Source: the human T2T-CHM13v2.0 reference genome, Homo sapiens
Strand: one strand, 5' to 3'
Assembly (NCBI RefSeq): GCF_009914755.1
Contig: NC_060925.1
DNA: 64,000 nt
Below the pieces are notes generated by a model. That model saw only the letters and a list, made by a program, of their open reading frames with translations, had not been told where the DNA came from and did not search any database. Below are positions 11,701 to 26,521 of the stretch, one piece after another; the stretch's first letter is position 1; each line of letters opens with the position of its first letter. The position numbers and the translations under genes were made by a program.

Positions 11701-14700
11701 GGATCTTTATCTTCCAATTGTATCATAGAATGGGAACTCTCTGATCCCAATATTGACCTTGAAAGTAGCAAACTGAGGTTATCCATGGTGTCCCTGCTTA
11801 GAAACATGGAGTTTGAGTTTAAAATTTTTGTTTTTGTTTTCAAAAAAGAATTAGCTGCTTATTTAAGTTAACTATTAGGAATGAATTGCTTGATCCTTAA
11901 GTGATTTTTTAAAATTACATGTTAAAGGTGATTATCTGAGAATGGTTAAATGTAAAATAAGCTTAATCAGATATTTATTTCTGTTTATTTTAAGATGAAT
12001 AAGAGAATAAGCAATGACGGGGGGAATAAGAAAATGTTTTTGTTTTATGATGTATTGTATTGCACATTAAAGGATGTATTTTGATGATTCGAGAGTAATA
12101 AAGAGACCTAAACTGTGCTACATAAGTAGAATTACTTGCCTTCTTGGTAGGCCCTCGTAAGTCGTATCTTAACACTAGAAAAATGAGAATGGAAAGTGTC
12201 CTGGGTGGCAAGGGCAGCGGTTTGTGACATGCATAATATACATTCATACAACTGACTTAGGAACTGAAAACCAAATATATTTTTTTTCTTAACCATATCC
12301 GCAGTGGATATAAATTTGAGTCAAGGAAGTTACACTCAAAATGGAATAGGTCCAATTACAAATAAATAACACTTGTTTCATATTTTATATATACCTGAGT
12401 GAAAGAGAAGGACATATGACACACTTGAACTCTGGAATCTTATATTTATTGTGGAAGTTGGAATCAACCAAACAAATACTTTGAATTTAAAGGGACAGTT
12501 GAGTTGGAATAATTATCGGAGTAGACACTTGTTAATTGCAAGAGAAAGTAAAACGTTTCCTTGGCTGTAAAATTTCAGTGAGTTTGTAGGTAAGAAAGAA
12601 CAACATGCAAAAATTTAAAGTGATGAAAGTGTACTTATTTGAATTGCTGTTAAGTATAGGATGGACTCTATATATTTTTTTAGGTATATATTAGCTTTTG
12701 GGGAAGCTTTTTGGGAAAAAAGTGTTAATGAATCCTAAATCATAAGAAATGTCAATAAAGCTGTCGTTTGTTAAATCCTTGTAGAAAGAAAAGAAAGCCA
12801 ATCAGGTTTCTTACTAGAATTATGCTATTTGCAAATTGATGCTTTGGAAAATATAAAATATCCTTCCAAAAATTTTAGATAAAAGTCTTCTCGGAAAACT
12901 TTTAAATATAAACTAACTTTTAAGTAACAATCATAAATTTATATAAAAACGAGGATATCCAAATTTAAAATAATGATTTTCACAGGCAGATTCATTATCA
13001 TACTCTCATTTCACAATATTTAAAGCTATTCTTGGAAATGGTTTATCATAAAGACCATGTACATGATATGACTTACATTGTTTAGTGATATGATCCCAGA
13101 GCCACCCCAAATCTGGTTACACTAATTTCTCAGGTAGATTAGGTTGAATAGAATTCCCAATACCTGGTAGGAATAAAATCTCTCCTCCTTTCTTTGGCTC
13201 CATGAGAGCACAATGTACTAGTCTTTAGATGAATCAAACAGGAAAAATTTGGTGTATATATTTCAGAGAACAATGAGCTCTGTGTATGATTGTCAGAGCA
13301 TCAGTAAATTATCTTGCTTTTGTAGGAAAGTACTAATGAAAGCTTCATTTCTTGAAAATGAGATCTGGAAGAAAAAATATTATTGACCACAGCATTATAC
13401 ATGTCACTGAACTTGGACAAAGATTTTAATCAAAGAGCTAAAATATATCAAGCAAAGTTCCAAGTTAGACTTGTTTAAATGTTCTCATAGTAACGTCTTT
13501 TGGTTCAAGTGGTTTGTGTATGGTGTATAAATTTCATTTTTGTTTGCTCATCCTATCATAAACACACGATTGGTGATTTCTCTAGTATACTGTCTTCTAG
13601 TTTCCATTTTCTTTTTAGTAATCTGCCACAGAAAACAGTAAAAATCTGCATCTTGACTTCTGCCTTTCCCTCTATTATTAATTTATTCATTTAGTTAGTC
13701 TTTTGTAAATTTCCTCTAACAGGTATTCTACAGGGATAAAACGTATGGGTATAAGTGGAAACTGGAAAAATTATTTCTTGACTACTTGGTGCCTTCTAAC
13801 ACTTTCAGTAGCTCCTATAATCTATCTGATACCTAGTAAATTTCCAATACAAGCAGAGTAATTTCTGTTGTGAATGTCAGGTATGAACAGGGTAATCCCC
13901 ATCAACAGGGTTTGCTGAAGAGCAAGGAAACAGCGTTGGTACAATTCTTTGACAGAGAATTTAGCAGTTTCAACACCTCCCTTCCTGCTCCCTTTTAAGA
14001 TTCATTGTTATCATCAAACAAAACTCTAAGACTATTTCAGACTTCCCAAAACAAGGAAGTTCTTTCAAACTCCAACCAGGTTTCTGGAGATCTTTTTGTC
14101 TTGCATTGTCGTGTGCTTTGCTTAGAACATCCCAATATATTTCCTGTCATTGTCATCATTCTAAACACTGCGACCTGTAATACACGCTGAGCCCACTGGA
14201 GGAAAACATGTTATTTTGTTAATAATGTGCTAGCAGTAGAAATTATTAAGATTGAAGAGCAGTTTTTAAAAATCTATTCAAATGTGAATAAATGATGGTT
14301 TTGATAGGATCTACATTAAAGTAACAATTACAATTTTATTTGTAGCATAACTATAGGTCAAGGCTGGACATGCACATTGACTATAAATATCAAGAGTGCT
14401 GATTCTTCTGTAATAAACAACAGAACATGCCTAACATATAAAAATCAACCTTTTTATTTTGGCCTTACAATAAAAAACAAAATGGTGAATCATTACTGCT
14501 ATCCAATTAGCATCCTTTTTTCTAATTTCTCACCATTTACATGTCTTCTTCCTTCAAAGAGAAATCAAATTCGCTTTGCTAGAGTGTAAATTATGTTTAT
14601 AAATTCAAATTTTGTAGAGCAAAAGTATAACATTTGTCTTGGTGGTTTAACAAGTAGAATATTCATAATATATCCCATCCATAATATATTCAGAAACGAA

Positions 14701-17700
14701 TTTAGCTCTGCTTTACAAAAACTACAGATATTTAAAAATAAAAATAATTTTGAAGTATAGCTGCATTTTTTTTTGTTTAAATGAGAATTCATATGATATT
14801 GCTTGAGAGTTTCTGACTTTTAAGAACCCATGGATTTATTTATAGATTACTTAGCAAATGTAAGTATACATTGTCAATTTGTTAAATTCTACTTGCTTCT
14901 AGATAAAGGGTTTATTGAAACTTTAAATATGTTGTATAAATTCTATATGAAAGGAAATTAGAACAATGTATAAGCAACTTTTGGGAATTGATGCTCTTCG
15001 ATTCTACATTTCTGTTCTTCATGGGTTGCAATATCTCTAAAGTGTTCAGTTCACTTTTATTGAAGTGTGATAAATAGGCATGTCAAATTGTATACAGAGA
15101 ATAGAACACAAATCAGCTCTGCCTGTTTCTGTTGTTTCTTCATTCTCTAAATAAGTATCCATTGCTCAATACAAATAGGGTATGTGCCCTTTTATTTGGC
15201 AGGTCTTATTTCTTCATTGACTTCCACATTACATGGGATGGCAATAGAATTAACAGCCATTTATATATCTGGGAAGAAAGATTTATTGGACAGAAAAACA
15301 ACAATTTTCTTTCCTTTTTAGTATATTTTGTACTTTCTCTTATAAATTCTATGGCAGCAAACAGTGACTGAGTGAAACTTGGTATACAAATTTTAATCTT
15401 ATAATTTCAGATAACAAAAATCATTCCTTTAACAATATTTATTATGTAAAACCATCAATATTTATTTTTCATTATGCACAATACAGTTTTTATTATACAT
15501 AATGTGGTAATATTTTAAAATAGTTTGCTCATAAAATTAACACTGTAAATAAAATTTATTGCTTGTATATTATAAAAAGATAATGTTATATTTTATACTA
15601 TGTTACTAGATTTTTATCTATAATTTCAAGAAGAATTATTTGGTTGTGTTCTTGAAGCTCTATGAGAAAATATTTCTTATGCTAATTATAAGCTTAGTAA
15701 ACTTAAATATTTGAGATATTTGTGGTTTTGAGTGGCAGAGTATTTTTTTATTATTGTTAATGGGATTAGAAAATTCTGAACTTTGGAACCTAACAAAACA
15801 ACCAAATAACCATTTCATTATACTCTGTCATCACATTTACGATGCTCATTGGAAGCAGAACAGAACAACGCTAAATAGAAGACAGAAGATGATACACTTC
15901 AATTTCTACTCTTACATAATCTTTTGAAAACATCTAAAATTTGCAATCAGGGTTTAAGCATGCCCGACTTTCAACAAATGCAATTTCCAAAAAGACAGAG
16001 TTGAGCATCAATAACTCTGACAGGATAAATTATTCTACTTTTAGCAAATCTACGTGCATCCATTATAGCATCTTCTTAGGCAAAAAAAAAAAAAAAAAAA
16101 AAAGAAATGAAAAAAGTGACTTTTTCCTCTTTCATTGGAAGGAAACCTAGCATATAACCAATGAGACGACTCCCAGTAAATATGCAGTGCCATCTTGATT
16201 GCTCTTGGTGACTATCCATACTTAAAAGAGACTGTTCCTTTCTGTATTTTAATAAATCCTTAACTCTGTTTCTTATACTCTTCTATCTCCCATACTTACT
16301 TTGCAAATTCCCCTATGATCAAGGATTAGCACAACACTGAGGGCTGAAATGAAAAGAAGGATCTAAGAGAAAATACCTTGAAAGAGACGACAGAACTCAT
16401 CTTTGATGGAACAAAGAAAAGGTTAAAAAATTCTCTTTGGACACCTGAAAAAAATGTTTTCTTTTTTTTTTTTTTCTTAGCGAATAAGCAGTTGGTGGGA
16501 GTCACCAGATTATCAGTTATTTAACCTCTCAAGACTAGTGGCAGGTTTTTCCTTTCTTATTTAGCTTAAATGATTATTTAGGAGTTAGGTCCTCAGAAAG
16601 CAAGGATTGTTTCCAATTCTCTGTTATCTTTGTACCACTTAGCCAGAATATCATGCATTTTAGGGGCTGTCAATAAATACACAATGCATTAAATTCTCTT
16701 TGCGTTTCCAGAGGAAGCCGGTAGGGAAAAGAAATAAATGAATGCCTGACTCAAGAGACTGAGAGTCTATTTGAGTGAGGTGTGGGTCTAGTGGAAATCT
16801 GCAGAAAAGAATCTTGTAGAGGAAAAATGACTCACAAGTATGTGAGGGGGAAGACTTTTTAATGTCAGTGTCCATATTTCCTGATTAAAGTGAGGGTATT
16901 TGCATCATGTTCTAGCATTCTAAATATAAAAGCAGCTAAGAATCTCCAAGAATCCCTTAAATTCTTATTCAAGAACAAAAAGAAATGAATAGTTTAGAAC
17001 TCAAATATTATAATAAAAAAGTATTCTCTAGCGCAATAAAATCATTACAATAAAACTTGTTAGCTGATTGGTTAGTGTTTTAGAGTGCTGTAAATGCATA
17101 GTAACTGAAAAATGTTTCAGAATTTAAAAAACAGGTCATTGGTTAATGATTCAGAATAAAGAAATATGTGAATGGTCAGGACTAACAATAAAGTTAGACT
17201 TTTTCTCCTAGAAATAGTTTGTTAAATGATATCTTTAAGGATGCTTTTAATAATATTTATGCTTTAAACACACATATTTAAAAACAAGACAACACAGAAC
17301 ATATCACTAATAGGATGTATTTTCCCCATAGAATGTGCTTGTTAAAATTGTTCAAAAATGAATTATTGCATGTTTGTGTTCAGCCTAAAAAATGCAAAAC
17401 ATTGCTAAAATCACTACACTAATCTTTTGAAAATAAGATGCTAACAATTTTTTATGAAGATAACCATTTAAGTCAATATTCAGAATTTTTCCTCATGCTA
17501 AAAATACGTTATATATTTTAAATCAAAACTCTTCTTGAATATGCAGAAGAAAACTGAGAACAAAATGTGAAATTTAGTAGAAGGAACAGTAGCTTTGGAG
17601 CTCTGGGATCTGTCTTGACTTGTGACACAAAGCATGTCACCCAGGCCTCTCTGAGAGATGGGGTTAATCCTAACAGATGAGCTCCCTAGAGAGTAACTGT

Positions 17701-17819
17701 GAGAATAATTACCATTATAAATATGATATAATGAAGTCCTCTCAGAAAAGATGCTCTTTACATCTGGCGGAATCTTACTTGGTAAAGTCTTATACGATAA
17801 TTTGACCTTCACTCTAACT

Positions 17820-18910
17820 TAAAATACACCAGAATCCAGCCACTTCTCACCACCTCCACAGCTGCCGCCCTAACACAAGGCACCTGCACCTCTTGCCTGG
17901 ATTATTGCCATACCAGCCTCAGTGGCCTCCATGCTTCATCCTTACGCATTATCACCACCCCTAGCCTAAGCTGTTCTTTGCACAGAAACCAGAGTGATCC
18001 TTTTAATTCTAGAGCCAAATCACATATGTCCACTGGTCAGATCCCAATGGTTTTCCATCACACTCAGAATAAAATTTTGAATCTTAACCAGAGCCTTTCA
18101 AGACCCTACATGATTTGCTCACCTCACTTCTTCACTGCGTCCCCTGCCACTGTCTCCTTGTTCACTCTAACGACCTCCCTCTTTACTCTTTGCTCATACA
18201 TCCTAATAGCATTCCTGCCTCAGGGCATTTGCACTTGCTATTCCCCTAGTCTGGTCTGGAGAGCTCTTCTTTGGATATTCATATGACTCCCACCATTCTT
18301 TCCTTCAAGGCTCAGCTCAAATAATATCATATCATAGAGACCTTTCCTGATAGCCTTATATAAAATGTCATACCACATATAATAGTCTGTTCTCATCCTG
18401 CTAATTAAGACATACCCAAGACTGGGTGATTTATAAAGACAAAAAAGGTTTAACGGACTCACAGTTCCACATGTCTGGGAGACCTCACAATCATGGCAGA
18501 AGTAAAAAGCCACATCTTAACATGGTGGCAGGCAAGAGAGAAGGAAAGCCAAGCAAAAGGGGAAACCCCTTATAAAACCGCCAGATCTCGTGAGACTTAC
18601 TGCCACAAGAACAGTGTGGAGAAAGCTGCCCCCATGATTCAATTATCTCCCATCAGGTCCCTCCCACAGCACGTGGGAATTATGGGAGCTACAATTCAAG
18701 ATGAGATTTGGGTGGGGTCACAGACAAACCACATCATTGCACTTTCATAATTCTTTTATTTATCTTTTTAGTATTTATAGCCCCCTGATTGATTATGTAT
18801 GTGTTTACTGTGTGCAGTGAATTTGTGTTTATCATTGTCTTCTCAGCAACTAGAAGGGTGCCAGACTTATAACAGGTACTCGATAAATACTTGTGGAATG
18901 AAACAATGAA
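17820..18910 (+). mobile_element. L2a 3' region interrupted by a THE1 LTR
   Basis: ccagaatccagccacttctcaccacctccac, cctgcctcagggcatttgcacttgctattccc, aggtactcgataaatacttgtggaatgaa. Confidence 0.85.
18378..18736 (-). mobile_element. THE1 (THE1C-like) solo LTR, ERVL-MaLR
   Basis: Reverse complement begins tgatgtggtttgtctgtgaccccacccaaatctcatcttgaattgtagctcccataattcccacgtg; ~360 bp. Confidence 0.93.
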
Positions 18911-19379
18911 TCAGACAGCAATCAGTCACAGAGATACATCAGCCATAAGATATTTTAAGATTACATCTATTTGTTGTATTTCATAATCACTTCTTCTCCT
19001 AGTCTTATAATGGTACTTCTGTTATATGCAATTCATTTGTTTCTCAAGATTTATTCTTTGATAAGCTCATTATTTGTGCTTTTTAATGATGCATATTTAG
19101 GGCATGCTTCCATTAAAATCTGTAAAAGTAATCATTGTCTTCAACATTGGTCATGTATTGGGCATAGATTTTTAATTCATATAATTAGAATCCCACTCCT
19201 ATCGGATTCCCCTCAATTCCTAAGGTTTTTGTTTTCTGTTTATTTTAAAAATAGGACTATTTGAATATTACAATTTAGGAAGAGGCAACTTAGTACCCTT
19301 CACATTTCTAGAGATATTCATGTTCTAGAGCTGGCTTTTGGATTTCTTCAGGGATTTTTCTAAATCCTTACACATTAAC

Positions 19380-19700
19380 TCAATATTTTAACAAATATTT
19401 ACTTGTATCTATTAGATCAAGGGCACTCTGCTGAATGATTGAGATCCTGCCTCCAAGGATTGGTCTTCTAAGGATGAAAATACAGTAACACAAGAAACAT
19501 TGTTGTAAGTACCCTTAAAAGAATAGAGGTGAAAGGTTATTGACATTTAAAGAAGAGACTAAGTACCACAGTGGTAGATGAGTAAGTATTAGAGAAGGTG
19601 GCATTTGAGTTGAACTACATTTGGATATTCAGAAAAGAGCAAGAAAAAATCATTTCAATAGGAGGAAATAGCATAAGCAAATCTGGGAAGTATATGGAAA
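19380..19700 (-). mobile_element. L2 3' fragment
   Basis: aacaaatatttact...ggcact...cctgcctccaagga...gaaggtggcatttgagttgaa...aggaggaaatagcataagcaaa. Confidence 0.6.
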
Positions 19701-21089
19701 ACAAAACAATAAGTTCACATAATAATGGGAAACCTTGGGCTATGATTGTTTACACACTCAATTTCTTTGTGCAAGAGTGTGCTTACTGTAATGCACAGTA
19801 TGGCCTAAATATAAGTGGACTTGTACATACACTTGAAAACATGTACTTAAAAAATAAAAAATTATTTTGTTTTTCCTGCTTTTATAACTTAAAAACCCCC
19901 AAAATCAATGTTTAAGTTGCATTAGAAAATTCAATAAGTAATACATACAATTGCAGCAATGTAGGCATATGTAGCTTTGAGCTCTTGAAGAAAAAAAATT
20001 ACATAAGTTTTCAATTATTCTTTATATTCAGTGTAATCAGAGTATGTGGCACACACTTTAAGTTACTATTTAAATGTGTTACCATTATCAGGTATTTGCT
20101 TCCATGATAAAATACCTGCCTACATATGCACACTGAGATGGTTTTCATGTTTTCTGTGCCTAGTGATTATGCACACGGAGAACTTGCTAGGGAAACTTAA
20201 GATAAAACTGCTCTTCCATCTTTGTATTTTTAGTGAGAATCAACATGTTATCTCCTATGTGCAATTCATGACTTCACTATAACTATCTTGAAACATTGCA
20301 TTACTAGCAAATATATGGCCAAAGAAGGACACAAATAACTTTTAATTGTTACAAGGCTTGCATCATGTGTGAATCTCAGGCAGAGCAAAAAAATGTAAAC
20401 TTCAGTTCGAATGTCAGTATTAGGCATTTTCCTCATCCGAAAGCATTGCTTGCTTTATATAGTTTCTTTTTTGAATGATTTTGAGCAAGGCAGAGCAATT
20501 ACGTGGAATGCTGGCAGAGGCCCATGCAACATCAGCCCCAAGTGACCAGGCACACACTCTTGGGAAGTCCATATGTGAATTAACAACTGAGAGTTTTTCC
20601 TGTGTGGGTTGCATTTGCTTTTTATACTATGAAATAATAAAATTATATCCGGCCTGAAACTACACCAACTTAAACATGTGCTTCAAATGTGTAAATGAAG
20701 AAAAACACGAGGAGAAAAATTAATGGCTGCCTGTTTTTAAGTCTTTTGTTTAGAGAATAAACACTTGAGGAAAAATATGAGTTACATTTCATGCTTAAAT
20801 CCATATTTCATTTTTGGCAATTACGATGTCACCTCATCTGAACTGATGCCTGAGTTATCTTTCCAAATGCAGATTTGATCCTGTCATAGTTTTGTTTGCA
20901 ATCTTCAGGTGACTGTCAATTACCTGATACATAGACGTGTTCAAGGAACGTGGTCGTATAAATGAATCAGGTGTTTGCAAAGGAGCTAGATGGCATTCCC
21001 AGAATAAAATCATACACATATATGTTGAGATCCATTTTGAGAATGGAATGTTGTATAAATGCCTCCATAAACCCATGAGATTTTCTGAG

Positions 21090-21310
21090 AATTCTGCCAG
21101 CAGATTGCCTTCACACTCAAACTGCAGCTCCTCTGGGTCCCCGGCCTATGGCCTGCTCTATAGATTTTGGGCTTGCCAGCTTCCACAATCACATAAACCA
21201 ATTCCTTAAAATTAATATCTCTCTCCCTCCCTCTGTCTATACATATGCAGATGTATACATTTATATATACATATCTTATTTTTTTTCTCTAGATAACATT
21301 GACTAATGCA
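21090..21310 (+). mobile_element. MLT2 (C/D-like) LTR 3' part
   Basis: gattttgggcttgccagcttccacaatcacataaaccaattccttaaaat...ttctctagataacattgactaatgca. Confidence 0.8.
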
Positions 21311-24148
21311 GGAAAGTTGTATGGCTTGAAGATGACCATCTGAATACTGACCAGCCTCTTCACATATATTTTGCTCTACAACTCCTTGGTAAATCCTGTC
21401 ACAGACTCCTTCGTAAAATTGTTTTAGAACTAGGACACTTGAAATCTGTTGGATATGTCAGCTTCACTTTTGCACTGAAATTATTCCAACATGCAGGACT
21501 GGCCTTCCCAGTAGTCAGTACAGTATCTCTAGAATGTCTGGTCTGAAAGGTGACAACTTTGAAGGCTATTCCTGCTGCATGCCACAGCCCTCCTACTGCT
21601 AGCTACCCTGGAAGGCAAAGGGTTGATGTCAATGGAAGAACCAAGAACAGATGATAATGGAGGAAAAGCATGAGAGAATTCCATGCCTCATCAACATCTT
21701 TAGCAAAATTGTTTCTACTCTCTGCAAAAATTAATACTACATGGTGAAATGATGTGGCTGGCGATGTTCTCATCTCATGATTAGGACATAAATAACTTTT
21801 AATTGTTTTTAGAAGGTTTGCATCATGTATGAATCTCAGGCAGCAAAGTTTTTCATATGGTAATGTACTTTTTTAGATATTTGCCATGTCCTATTATTTT
21901 CAAGTATTTATGATAGGCAGTTTAAGAAGGAGACTTTGTAGAAATGTTGAATGAAATCCTTTACTTAAAATGTAGGGTTAATTTAATGTTGAAACCAGAG
22001 TTGAAGTAGTTGGTGGAGTGTAGACATGACGTTGAGGGGCAATTTTCTTGTAGCTGGTTTGGGTGGACAATCAACTTGCTCTGCCCTCTACAGTTTGGAG
22101 CACTATTCCTAAGTCCTGGGGAATGAAGGGCATATGCCTCTTGTGTAAATCCCCAATTCTTCTTCACCCATTGTTTTAAGTGGAGATTTCTGGCAATCAC
22201 TTCAAGCTTTGGTAACTCTTTCCTGTGGAGAATTATCTACTTATTACCATATATGTGTAGGTTTTTGTGAGCTATCTTTATGAATATTAATTTAAATAAA
22301 GAAATAAAGCTAGGATTTTTTTAACTTTACTATATTTTTGTACTTTATATTCGATTGCCTTTTATTTCTTTTATGCATATATTTATGGGGAAAAGTTTCT
22401 TTCCCTACTCTTGTCTTTTCATATGTAATGAGTTCCATTAATGTAACACTTTAAGCTCTCCTTTTTATTCTACTCCAGACATGCATTTAAATGGGAAGTT
22501 GGGAAGGAAAAACTGGACACGTGAGCCTGCATATCTCCATATCTTCTTTTTCTCTCTTTCTCCCTCATCCTCTCACTGTCTAACTCTCATGTTCCCTTCC
22601 TCTCTTTGTATTGCCTATAGAATGTAAATCCTCCCAGATGACCTCTCTATGCTATAAATTTTCAGCCCACATACTTGAAGGTGTGAGTCACATTCTTCAA
22701 AATGATCAGCTGTAGCAATAATAAAGGTGATATTCTGCCTCCACCTATTTTGCTTCTTATTTCAGAACTTGAGTGGGGAAGAAGGGTGCTATTTATTGAC
22801 TTCCTCAAGAACTTCAACTATCTAATGCATGGCTTGAAACAAATATAACCTTGCTTTCTGAGTGGAATGAAGTATTATCAACACATATTTACCTATATTT
22901 TATACTACTGTTTCGGTACTTTCTTTTTTAATTGTGATTCAGAAATATGTGTGCAGTAGGGCCTAATTATCATATTCTTATTTTTCTTCTCAAACAACAA
23001 ATCAGTTGTTTCAATTAATTGTGCTGACACTTCATGTCTCTGAGGTAAAATGATAATCTGTACCTAAATTAGGAAAATAAGTCAAAAGAATACGGATTAA
23101 GACTTTTGATGGCAAACACCTGGATTTTGCTCGATGAAGGAATATAAACTTGACCAAAAAAGAAAACAACTTCAACAACTTTCTTTTTAAAACTATTTTA
23201 CCACAGATTGTGTTATTTTACAAAATTGACATATTTTACCCTTAATAAATCTTTTTAAATTCTCATTGCAGTAAAGCACACAGGGAGTCTCAGCAGAGGG
23301 TAACTCTGCTCTGAATTATGATTTCCTTATTCTTTCCTATAGTGTTCCCATTAATTCAGAGGTACTATTTCTCTCCAATGAGAAAAATCATCAAAATCAA
23401 GAGCAGAAAAAAAGGCTACCTTTTCATTTACTCTCTCAGTAATTGAAACCCCCTATAACCACTCTAGCATCTAACATTGAACTACATAAAAGCTATAGCA
23501 ATTCAGTCAAACTCTTGAAGCTGGCTGTATTAGGGACAATGAGCTACAATTATACTCTAAAAAACATAATTTGAGACTATACATATGTCAAAGTCAACAC
23601 TTTAGAAGTGGCTAATAAAGAACCATATTGATACCGAAAAGTCATTAGGGACAATCAGCTGTGTTAATGGGAAAGAATGACATACTCTGGGGGGAGCACC
23701 ATGGCAGTTGTTATCATAGCTGCTGGGAATCCTACGGGAGTGCCATTTCCACAAAAATAAGAAGAGAGCATAGACTGTCAGGGGCTGCCTTTCATGGCAC
23801 TTGAAATCTCTTTGGAGCTGGCATTGCACACCTGAGTCTCTATGACCCATATAAAAATGTGGCTATTGCTTCTGAATGCCTCCCCAGCTTCATCCAGATT
23901 CCTAGGTCAGAGAACTCCATGCATGGCTTCTGTTTAGTCGTCACAATGTGTTCCTTTGCTATCTCCTTGCAATTTCATTTGCTTTCTAAATCAATTCCAG
24001 CTGTTATTTTAAAAACCATCTTAGCTTAAAATCTTTTTAGCAGTTTCATTTGTTACATCTTCCAGGTTCACCCCATAGAAAGAATAAAACCCCTGACGTT
24101 TATGTGGCCAGTTTCTAGGAAGTATAATTCTGTCATCTGGCCAAAATA

Positions 24149-26521
24149 CAGACATACCATATTTTATTACACTTCACTTTATTGCACTTTGCAGAAATTG
24201 TGCTTTTTGCAGATAAAATGCTTGTAGCAACCCTGCATTGAGCAAGTCTGTCTGTGCCATTTTTCCAGTAGCATGTGCTCTTTTTGTGCCTCTTTGTCAC
24301 ATTTTGGTAACTCTCTCAATAATTCAGAACTTTTCATTATTATTTTATCTGTTATGGCAATCTATGATCAGTGATTTTTTATATTTACTGTTGTAATTTT
24401 TGCGGGTACATGAACTGCACCTATGTAAAATGGAGAATTTAACTGATAAATGTTGTGTGTGTTTTGACTGCTCCACAGACCAGCCTTTCCTCTGTCTCTC
24501 TCCCTCTTCTTGGGCCTGCTTCTTCCTTGAGACACAGCAATATTGAAATTAGGCCAACCCTACAATGGCCTGTAAGTGTTTAGGTGAAAGATAGAACCAC
24601 ATCTCTCATTTTAAATTTAAAGCTAGAAATGATTAAACTGGGTGAGGAATGCATGTGGCAAGCTGTGATAGACCAAGAGCTAGGCCTCTTGTGCTAGTTA
24701 GCCAAGTTGTGAATGCAAAGGAAAAGTTCTCCAGGAAATTAAAAGGGCTACTTCACTGAACACACAAATGATAAGAAAGTAAAACAGCCTTATTGCTGAT
24801 TTGGAGAAAGTCTGAGTGGTCTGGATAGGAGATCAAACCAGCCACAACATTCCCATAAGCCAAAGCGTAATCCAGAGCAATACTCTAACTCTTCAATTCT
24901 ATGAAGTCTGAGAGAGGCGAAGAAGCTGCAGAAAAAAGTTGGATGCTAGTAGAGGTTGGTTCATGAGGTTTAAGGAGAGAAACTGTTTCTGTAACATAAA
25001 AGTGCAAAGTTACAGAGCAAGTGCTGATGTAGAAGCTGCACCAAGTCATCCAGAAGATTTAGCTAAGATAATTAAAAAAGGTGGCTACACTAAAAATATA
25101 TAATTTCAATGTACATAATACAGTCTTCTATTGAAAGAAGATGCCACCTATAACTTTCACAGTGAGAGAGGAGAAGTCAATGCCTGGCTTCAAAGCTTCA
25201 AAAAACAAGCTGACTCTCTTGTTGGAAGCTAATGAAGCTGGTGACTTTAATTTGAAGCCAATGCTCATTTACCATTCCAAAATTTCTAGGGCCCTTAGGA
25301 ATTATGCTAAATCTACTCCACTTGTTCTCTATAAATGGAACAACAAAGCCTGGGTGGCAGCATATCTATTTACAGTATGGTTGACATGCTGTATTTTAAG
25401 CCCACTATTGAGACCTACTGCTCAGAAATATAATTTTCTTTTAAAATATTACTGCTCATTGAGAATGTACTTGGTCACCCAAGAGCTCTGATAAAGCTCT
25501 AATGCAAGAAGATTAATGTTGTTTTCATGCCTACTAACACAGCATCTATTCTGCCGCCCATGGATCAAGGTGTAATCTTATTATTTAAGAAATACATTTT
25601 GTAAGGCTATCACCGCCACAGATAGTAATTCCTCTGAGGGATCTCAGTAAATTGGAAACCTTCTGAAAATGATTCATCATAGTAAATGCCGTAGAGAACA
25701 TTTGTGATTCATAGGAGGAGGTCAAATTATTAATAATAACAGGAGTTTAGAGGAAGTTGATTACAACCCTCATGGATTACTTTGAGGAGTTCCAAGACTT
25801 CAGTGGAGGAAGTAACTGCAGATGTAGTGCCAATGGCAGGACAACAAGAATTAGAAGCCGAGCTTGAAGATGTGATTAAATTGCTGCAATCTCATGATAA
25901 AACTTTAATGAATGAGGAACTGCTTCTAATGGACAAGCAAAGAAAGTGGTTTCTTAAGGTGGAATCTACTCCTGGTGAAGATGCTGTAAATATTGTTGAA
26001 ATTACAACAAAGGATTTAGAATATTACATCAATTTAGTTGGCAAAGCAGATGCAGATTTTGAGAGGACTTACTTCAATTTTGAAAGATGTTCTACTATGG
26101 GTAAAATGCTACCAAACAGCATTGCATGGTACAGATAACTCTTTAATGAAAAGAAGAGTAAATCAGTGTGCTGAGCTTCACTGGTGTCTTATTTTCAGAA
26201 ATTACCACAGCCATCCCAAACTTCAGCAACCACCCACCTCACCAGTTAACAGCCATCAACATTGAAGCAATACCCAAAACCAGCAAAAAGATTACAACTC
26301 TGAAGGTTCAGACAATCTTTAGCATTTTTAACAATATTTTAAATTAAGATATGCAATTTTTTTACATAATGCCATTTCACACTTAACTCATTATCATATA
26401 GGGTAAACACACTTTCATATGCACCGGGAAACTAGAAAATTCATGTGACTCACTTTATTGCAATATTTGCTTCATTGCAGTAGTCTGAAACTGAAACCAC
26501 AAAATCTCTGAGGCACGCCTG
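24149..26521 (+). mobile_element. Tigger1 DNA transposon, near full length, with dead transposase
   Basis: TA|cagacatacc ... gaggcacgcctg|TA termini; ORF remnants 25141-25491 ([37 protein letters not shown]) and 25782-26138; multiple stops and frameshifts. Confidence 0.96.

Noticed and set aside
25141-26265. 116-aa and 118-aa transposase-like ORFs
   Set aside because: Fragments of a dead Tigger1 separated by stops and frameshifts; not TIGD1
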